DNA of 64,000 bases from an uncultured Actinomycetes bacterium (GTDB lineage: Bacteria; Actinomycetota; Thermoleophilia; UBA2241). Made by a program: the position numbers and the translations under genes. Positions 57,907-64,000 of this stretch are shown here, one piece after another; position 1 is the stretch's first letter, and each line of letters starts with the position of its first letter. The notes beneath the pieces were generated by a model. The model had not been told where the DNA came from. It saw only the letters and a program-made list of their open reading frames with translations, and did not search any database. The stretch is taken from NCBI GenBank assembly GCA_963709345.1, contig CAVPVX010000001.1, positions 64,001 through 128,000 of the forward strand, in the 5' to 3' direction.

Positions 57907-58950
57907 TCAGGCCGGCGGCAGTCGCCAGCTGATCGCCGGACCGACGGCCACGTCGGCGGGCGCGGCGCAGGGAACGCACTCGATCCCCCCGGCGGCGGCG
58001 ACAGCGCGCGCCAAGGCGTAGAAGCTCTCCGGGTCGCCCGGGCGCAACGCTCCGAGCTTCTCCTCGATCGCCGCCAGCCGCACGTCGCGGACCGGCGCGT
58101 GGACAGCATCGGGAGCCGGATCGGCAGTCGGCTCTCCGGCTCGGCCGCCCGACCTACCGACCAGGTCGAGGCCGACGATCCCGTCACCGATGACGGCGTC
58201 GACCTGCCACTCGACCGGCGTGCCGGGCTCGACCGCGAGGCGCGCACTCATCGCCCCGGAGAACGGGGGCGTCAGCGCCTGTTCGAGGCCGGCCGTGACG
58301 GCGAGCCGGTCCTGCTCCAGCACGCGAGAGGCGAACGCGCAGCCCACGAGCTCCGCCTCGGTCGCGCCCAGGACGCGGCAGAAGGACGGGCTCACGAACG
58401 TCATCACGCCGTCGCGATCCACCTCGACCACGTAGTCGGTGTGCGTGTCGGCGAAGAGCTCCAGGCTCTTGCGCAGACGCCGCACCTCGTCGTGGTCCAC
58501 GGTCTCCACGTCTGGCCTGCTGATGAAGAGCGCGTACGCCATCGCCCGCTCCTCGCCTCTCTCGGCGAGCGGGCCGAGCGAGACGCGCACCCATACGCTG
58601 TCTCCGCCGGCGCCGAGCAGGTGCTCTTCGAAGGCCTGCTCCCCCTCGCGCCGAAGACCGCGCGCTCGATCCGGCCAGCCCGGCATGACTCGCGACCACA
58701 TCTGCCCGACGAGATCCGGCGACGCGCCGCCCAGCAGGCGCAGCAGCGGCGCGTTGACGGCGGCGGTCTTGCCGGCGTCGGCGACAACAGCCAGCGGCTG
58801 TTCCAGCGGAAGGTGCGAGAGGATCTCGAAGACGCTCTCGACGCGCTCGCGCAACGCGTACGGCAACCGTGGCGCCAGCCAGTACTCCGAGCCGAGGCCG
58901 TCGGGAACCCGGCCCTCAGGCTCCATCAGGCGGTTCGCGTACTCATTCAC
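57907..58950 (-). CDS. Tandem PAS-domain protein without recognisable output domain
   Basis: VN..L.RLLG..DLVG and DRDG.MTFVSPSFCRVLG.TEAELVG PAS signatures. Confidence 0.7.
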   Translation of the reverse strand: MNEYANRLMEPEGRVPDGLGSEYWLAPRLPYALRERVESVFEILSHLPLEQPLAVVADAGKTAAVNAPLLRLLGGASPDLVGQMWSRVMPGWPDRARGLRREGEQAFEEHLLGAGGDSVWVRVSLGPLAERGEERAMAYALFISRPDVETVDHDEVRRLRKSLELFADTHTDYVVEVDRDGVMTFVSPSFCRVLGATEAELVGCAFASRVLEQDRLAVTAGLEQALTPPFSGAMSARLAVEPGTPVEWQVDAVIGDGIVGLDLVGRSGGRAGEPTADPAPDAVHAPVRDVRLAAIEEKLGALRPGDPESFYALARAVAAAGGIECVPCAAPADVAVGPAISWRLPPA

Positions 58951-59132
58951 CACTGCCTCGCTTTCCGTCGCCGCGGGAGCACGGCGCCACGTACCAACAG
59001 CGTCGTCCAACGGGCCGCCGAGAACGATGGGACGGACGTCTAGGCGGCACGGGACGTCCGTCCAGAAGGGGGAGCGAGAGAAAGCCGGGGAGAGAGGCCC
59101 GGGGCGGACGCAGGACCGAAGCGGACGGCCGC

Positions 59133-60329
59133 TCAGGCGCCCACTCTGTACATGGTGCGCTCGCCGAGCGACGTCACGACCTTGACGTAGCCGGCGAGCT
59201 CCGCGTCGAGCGCGGGGTCGCCGGTGTCGACGAGCAGCGGCCGCCCCCCCAGGCTGAGGAGTTTGGTCTGGGTGGCGATGACGACGATGCCGGCCTTGCC
59301 CACGCGATGGATCACCGCCGGGCTGATCTGCTGGTTGCCGCGGCCGAAGACGTGCCCCTGCCCGCCGATGACGGTGACCACGATGTACGCCTCGGGCGAG
59401 TCGCCGACAAGCGCGAGCAGGTCACTCTCGCCGAGGTCGGCTCCGACGAGCTCGCCGTCGCGGACGGCGTCCACGCCCAGGAGCGTCTTGGACAGGCCGA
59501 GACGGTCCATGACCGCGCGCGTCGTCGTGCCCGGTCCGAGGAGGTACAAGGCGCCGGGCCGCATGCCGTTCACCACATCGGTGGCGACGTCGTTCAGCGC
59601 CCGCTCCTCACCGGCCACCCCACCGGCCTTGGCGCTCTGCGTGAGTCCGCGAGCGTAGGGAACGAGCAGGTAGCCGTACAGCCGGGCGGACACGCGGTTC
59701 TCGCGAAACGCCTGCTCGTCGATGTCCATGACCTCGCCCTCGCGAAGGCGCACACCGGCCGGCCGGTCGTGCAGGTAGAGCGCCGCCACGTCGCCGGCGG
59801 CCGCGGGCGTGGTCGCGTACACGGCCGAGTGGATCTTGACGCCGGCCGGCACGCCGATCACCGGGACCCGGTCGCCGACGGCGTTGCAGATGTTGCGCGC
59901 CGTGCCGTCGCCACCTGCGAAGAGGAGCAGGTCGGCGCCGGCGGCGAGCAGCTCGCGTGCCGCCTGTTCGGTGTCGGCCGGCGTGGTCAGCACGAAGTCG
60001 TCACAGCCGATGGCCACCGGCTCGCCAGCGCGACGCTCCTGCTCGCAGAGCACGTAGGAGCGGCGGCCCTTGAGGGTGCCCAGAACACGCGGCTCAAAGC
60101 CGGCCGCGCGCGCTTCGTCCTCGCCCATCTCACCGGGCCAGGTGAGCACCTCCACCTGGTCGCGAAGACGCGAGAGACGCTCGAGCGCCAGCCGTGCGCG
60201 ACGCGGAGCGTCGCGCACGGCACCTCGCTCCAGCGCCGAGCGCAGGATGTCGGCGCCGTCGCTGCCCTTGAGGCCGACACGGCCGCCGACACCGGCGACG
60301 GGGTTGACGATGACTCCGAGTCTGCTCAC
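59133..60329 (-). CDS. ATP-NAD kinase-like (AcoX-related) protein
   Basis: IVNPVAGVGG.VGLKGSDG, FAGGDGTAR, GVPAGVKIHSAVYA, EVMDIDE, GGQG..FGRGNQQ, VDTGD. Confidence 0.88.
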   Translation of the reverse strand: MSRLGVIVNPVAGVGGRVGLKGSDGADILRSALERGAVRDAPRRARLALERLSRLRDQVEVLTWPGEMGEDEARAAGFEPRVLGTLKGRRSYVLCEQERRAGEPVAIGCDDFVLTTPADTEQAARELLAAGADLLLFAGGDGTARNICNAVGDRVPVIGVPAGVKIHSAVYATTPAAAGDVAALYLHDRPAGVRLREGEVMDIDEQAFRENRVSARLYGYLLVPYARGLTQSAKAGGVAGEERALNDVATDVVNGMRPGALYLLGPGTTTRAVMDRLGLSKTLLGVDAVRDGELVGADLGESDLLALVGDSPEAYIVVTVIGGQGHVFGRGNQQISPAVIHRVGKAGIVVIATQTKLLSLGGRPLLVDTGDPALDAELAGYVKVVTSLGERTMYRVGA

Positions 60330-60350
60330 ACGGCCGCTCTCCACGCTGCG

Positions 60351-60851
60351 TCAGCGACGCTTCCTGCCGCCGCGACGCTGCCGCGACCCGGATGAGCCGG
60401 ACCGTGACCCCGACTGGCGGGACGGTCCGCCGCGGGTCGCGCCCCGGGCGGTCCGCTGCGTCGCAGACCCGGCCCGGACCGGCTTGCGCACGATGAAGAA
60501 GTAGATGATCAGTGACGGCGCCATGAGCAGCAGAAGCAGTGAGTTGCGCCCGATGATGCTCACGCCGAGCGCCACGAGCATGGCGACGAAGACCAGCGAG
60601 TGGAACATCCTTTGGCTGTAGGCGGTCATGCGCCGGCCCCGCGCCCACAGGTCGAAGGCGTCGATGAGCATGGCCAGGCAGGCCACCGCGCCGGCGAACG
60701 TGGAGACGGCCACGGCGATCGCCTGCACACTGCCGAGGCCGCCGACGAGGCGCGTGACGACGAGCGCCAGGAGCATGAGGGCCGTCGCCAGAAAGACGGT
60801 GAGACCCGCCGATCGGGCGAGCCGGGCGCCCGTGCTCAGTGGTGCGGGCAT
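60351..60851 (-). CDS. Membrane protein of unknown function
   Basis: Four hydrophobic segments and a basic tail. Confidence 0.65.
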   Translation of the reverse strand: MPAPLSTGARLARSAGLTVFLATALMLLALVVTRLVGGLGSVQAIAVAVSTFAGAVACLAMLIDAFDLWARGRRMTAYSQRMFHSLVFVAMLVALGVSIIGRNSLLLLLMAPSLIIYFFIVRKPVRAGSATQRTARGATRGGPSRQSGSRSGSSGSRQRRGGRKRR

Positions 60852-61022
60852 GGCTTGACCTTTCGTCGTGTGTGGAGCCGGCCGCGAAGCGCCTGCGGCG
60901 CGCGGCCGGTCGTCCCCATGATACCGGACCGCGCCGGCGGGGCGGAGCGGCGCCGGCGCGGTCCGACGAGGGCGGGCCGGTTCGGTGACGACGCCGGCCC
61001 GCCCGCCGGGCTCTCTCCCCTT

Positions 61023-62636
61023 CTACGTCCGCTTCAGGATCCGCTTCTTGTAGGCACGCCAGGTGAAGGCCCACTCCTTCGGGTCCTCCATCGCCTCGGT
61101 GCGGCGCATCTGGTCTATCGGCTGAGCGTGCGGCGAGTCGAGCACGAACTGCGCGTCGGCGTAGGCCTCGTCGCTGACCTTCTTCATGACCGCCGCCCAC
61201 TCGTCGAGGTCTTGCTTGCTGTAGGTCTCGCACGGTTCGGGCGTGAAGGGCTCGGGCACCACCCAGGGATGGTGACTCATCCAGTGACTCTGGATGCCGA
61301 AGTCGACCTGGCGATCGCGGACGGCCTCGGTGCCGATGCCGGTGTCCTCCTTGAGCTGCTCCAGGCTGTACCGCACCTGATCCAGCCGCAGGTGGCCTTC
61401 GGCGTACGGCCGGCTCACGCCCTTGATCGCCAGAAGCAGCCGGTCGAGGTAGTTGTTGTTGAGCACGCTGATCTCGGCCACTTCCTTGAGGCCCTCGGGC
61501 CCCATGTTGCGGATCCACGCGTAGGCGCGGATGACCGCCATCCAGTTGCCGAGGAAGCCACGCACGCGGCCGATGCTCTCGGGCCGGTCGTAGTCGAGAT
61601 GGTAGGAGTCGCCCACCTTGGTGACCAAGGGCACCGGCAGGTACGGGGCCAGCTCGTCGGTGCACAGATAGGCCCCGCTTGCAGGACCCTCGCAGCCGTG
61701 CGGGCTTGAGAACGTCTTGTGCAGATTGAAGTGGCAGGCGTCGAAACCGGCGTCGCGCGCCCGTGCGTAGCCGAGGATGCCGTTGGCGTTGGCCTGGTCG
61801 GTGAACGCCAGGGCGCCGGCGTCGTGCAGGACCTCGACGTACTTGTCGATCTGCGGGTTGTAGATGCCCGTGTCTTCGGGGTTGGTGATCATGCAGCCCA
61901 CGGTCTTCTCGGACACGGCGGCCTTGAAGGCTTCGAGATCCGGGTAGCCGTTCTCGTCGGGCATCACGGTGATGACCTTGAAGCCGGCGACCATGGGGGT
62001 GGCGGCGTCGCAGGGGTGCGAGAAGATCGTCGTGATCATCTCGCTGCGCTGGTCGAGTTCGCCCTTGGCCTCGAAGTAGCGCCGCATGACGCAGGCGTTG
62101 GTGTACACGGCATGTGACCCGCCGCCCGGCTGCAGCGTGAAGGCATCCATGCCGCTGATGGACTTGAGGTACTGGCCGGTGGTGTAGACGATCTCGAGCA
62201 GCCCCTGCAGTGACTCTTCGTCCTGCCACGGGTGCACGTCGGCGGACTTGTGGCCGCGGATGAGCTCCTCGTGCATCTTCGGGCTGTACTTCATCGTGCA
62301 GGTGCCCTCGCTGATGTCGCTGCCCAGATCCATGCCGAGGGTCATCTGGGAGTAGCGCAGGTAGTGGCGGAGCACCTGGTACTGTGCCATCTCGGGCAGG
62401 TCGGGAGCGGCCGCGCGGGCCATCCCTTCGGGGATGTAGTCCGCGGCCTCACCCACGGCCGCCTTCACGTCGTCCTCGGCGAGCGGCACCAGGATGCCGC
62501 GCTCGCCGGGCGTACCCTGCTCCATGATGAAGGGCTCATCGTAGCGAGGGGACCGGTAGTCGCGCAGCACGCCACCGTCGCGGCGCAGCCTCGCAAGGCC
62601 GTCGAGCTTCTCCTGCGGTGTCTCGTGCGCACTCAT
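61023..62636 (-). CDS. gcvPB: Glycine dehydrogenase subunit 2-like (GcvPB paralog)
   Basis: LRHY..SQ, GTCTMKY.P, LQPGGG, MITNP..G, D.AN.N, PLP-Lys motif FNLHKTF, EP.E. Confidence 0.88.
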   Translation of the reverse strand: MSAHETPQEKLDGLARLRRDGGVLRDYRSPRYDEPFIMEQGTPGERGILVPLAEDDVKAAVGEAADYIPEGMARAAAPDLPEMAQYQVLRHYLRYSQMTLGMDLGSDISEGTCTMKYSPKMHEELIRGHKSADVHPWQDEESLQGLLEIVYTTGQYLKSISGMDAFTLQPGGGSHAVYTNACVMRRYFEAKGELDQRSEMITTIFSHPCDAATPMVAGFKVITVMPDENGYPDLEAFKAAVSEKTVGCMITNPEDTGIYNPQIDKYVEVLHDAGALAFTDQANANGILGYARARDAGFDACHFNLHKTFSSPHGCEGPASGAYLCTDELAPYLPVPLVTKVGDSYHLDYDRPESIGRVRGFLGNWMAVIRAYAWIRNMGPEGLKEVAEISVLNNNYLDRLLLAIKGVSRPYAEGHLRLDQVRYSLEQLKEDTGIGTEAVRDRQVDFGIQSHWMSHHPWVVPEPFTPEPCETYSKQDLDEWAAVMKKVSDEAYADAQFVLDSPHAQPIDQMRRTEAMEDPKEWAFTWRAYKKRILKRT

Positions 62637-64000
62637 GCCGTCACCTCCCTGACAGCCGAAGCCAAGGTCTCGATGTCGGCCTGGTCGTAGTACTCGGTCA
62701 CGCAGAACAGCGCGCTCTGACCGAGCTCAGGGAAGTCGCCCGAGAGGTCCTTGCCGCCGAAGATCCCGTGGCCGAGCAGCGCTTTGTTGACCTCGGCCAC
62801 CGCCTTGCCCGTGCCGCCGAAGTCCACCACGAACTCTTTGAAGAAGCTCGGCGAGAGCTTGATGGACACACCGGGGATCTCGCCGAGCAGCTTGGCTGCG
62901 TAGTGCGAGCGGGCGATGCAGGTCTCGCCGACCTCTTTGAAGCCCTGCGGACCCATCACGGCCATGTACACGGCTGCGGCGATGGTCCACAGACCGGAGG
63001 CCGTACCGACCCAGTCCTTGCCCTGGTCGCGCGAGCCGTAGCTGGTGCGCTCGGCCATCGCCTCGCCCACGGCGTACTGGCCGGGCGTGGCCGTCTCCAT
63101 CACGGTGTAGAGCTCGAGCGGGCATTCCTGGGCGTACACCGGGTCGTCGTCCTTGAAGGCGATGAACCCGGAGCAGCCACCGCCGGCGTGCATGTGCATC
63201 CCGAGCGGCTGGATGTCACCACAGGCGATGTCGGCGCCCAAGGCGCCGGGTGGAGTGAGCACGCCGAGCGTGATGGGGTCGACGCCGGCGATCGCGAGGG
63301 CGCCGTGCGCATGCGCCGTCTTCACGATCTCGGCGCCGTTGGCCTCGATGGTGCCGAGGTAGCCCGGGCTCTCCCAGTAGACGGCGGCGAAGCTGTCGTC
63401 AAGCTTGGCCCGCAGGTCGTCCATGTCGACCATGCCGGTCTCGCGGTCCCACTCGTAGAAGCGGATCTTGGTGCTGCCCGCCATCGCCTCGGGCTGACAC
63501 AGAGTGCGAGCCTCCATGAGGCGCATGGGGCTCATGTGCGAGGGCACGAGCACCTTGTCGCGACCGGTGAGACGCCGGGCCATGCGAAACGAGCGCCCGG
63601 CCACGTCGCCCCAGTCGTAGATGGGGTTGGCGACCGCGTCGTAGTCGAGCAGCTCGCCGAGCATGCTGTTGAACTCGAAGCGTGAGAGGTACTTGCCGAG
63701 GTCCGAGTAGTCGCCGCCGCAGTAGGCGCTGACGAACTCGGCCCGGTTGATGACCTCGTCGACGATCGAAGGCACATGGTGCTGCCAGCAGCCGGCGCCG
63801 CAGAAGTTGAGGTAGTCGACGGCCGAGGTGTTGCGGTCGAGCAGACCCTGCACGTGCTTGCGCAGTCCGCGCTCGGAGAGGATCGCCGGCGGTATGTCGA
63901 GGGTGCCCTTGAAGCGCAGCCGGTCGGGGATCTCGGCGTAGATCTCGTCGACACTGCTCAGCCCGATCTCGTCGAGCATGGCCTGCTTGACGGCAGGCAC
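62633..64000 (-). CDS. gcvPA: Glycine dehydrogenase subunit 1-like (GcvPA paralog; 5' end at or beyond window edge)
   Basis: ML..IG..S..E.Y..IP, F.GAG..H.VP, P.YLG.IE, PPG.LGADI.CGD.QPLG, FFKEFV, CVTE. Confidence 0.85.
   Translation of the reverse strand: MPAVKQAMLDEIGLSSVDEIYAEIPDRLRFKGTLDIPPAILSERGLRKHVQGLLDRNTSAVDYLNFCGAGCWQHHVPSIVDEVINRAEFVSAYCGGDYSDLGKYLSRFEFNSMLGELLDYDAVANPIYDWGDVAGRSFRMARRLTGRDKVLVPSHMSPMRLMEARTLCQPEAMAGSTKIRFYEWDRETGMVDMDDLRAKLDDSFAAVYWESPGYLGTIEANGAEIVKTAHAHGALAIAGVDPITLGVLTPPGALGADIACGDIQPLGMHMHAGGGCSGFIAFKDDDPVYAQECPLELYTVMETATPGQYAVGEAMAERTSYGSRDQGKDWVGTASGLWTIAAAVYMAVMGPQGFKEVGETCIARSHYAAKLLGEIPGVSIKLSPSFFKEFVVDFGGTGKAVAEVNKALLGHGIFGGKDLSGDFPELGQSALFCVTEYYDQADIETLASAVREVTA

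Noticed and set aside
1-64000. CRISPR array, rRNA, transposase, integrase or prophage genes
   Set aside because: No regularly spaced repeats or recognisable motifs seen; the short repeats present are coding low-complexity tracts

Overview
Very GC-rich (roughly 70% by eye) bacterial chromosome segment, most consistent with an anaerobic or facultative deep-branching actinobacterium (Thermoleophilia-like; this is inference). It contains about 60 credible CDSs and three tRNAs: Lys-TTT, Glu-TTC and a canonical 8/5 tRNA-Sec. Housekeeping genes include tag, purH, nfo, rlmN, ychF, galT, ferritin and rpmH-rnpA-yidD-yidC-jag, the last without an adjacent dnaA or oriC. Metabolic genes include PFOR with a DHOD-like partner, a non-Pyl MttB, a saccharopine-dehydrogenase-family enzyme and divergent GcvPA/PB followed by an ATP-NAD-kinase-like gene. 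There are also two ABC exporters and two toxin-antitoxin pairs. The most notable signals are: (1) an integrase-less AbiE type IV TA mini-island bounded by tRNA-Lys and a degenerate 40-bp copy of its 3' half; (2) a divergent GcvP-like heterodimer with remodelled motifs linked to an AcoX/NAD-kinase-like gene; (3) an AsnB-CofE-like fusion; (4) a candidate 6S-like RNA and a CsoR-like palindrome between two Cys-rich genes; (5) an RPH-architecture dikinase coupled to a split-barrel flavoprotein. Three apparent frameshifts are probably sequencing errors. No CRISPR array, rRNA, integrase or transposase was seen. All calls come from motif recognition by eye; no searches were run.
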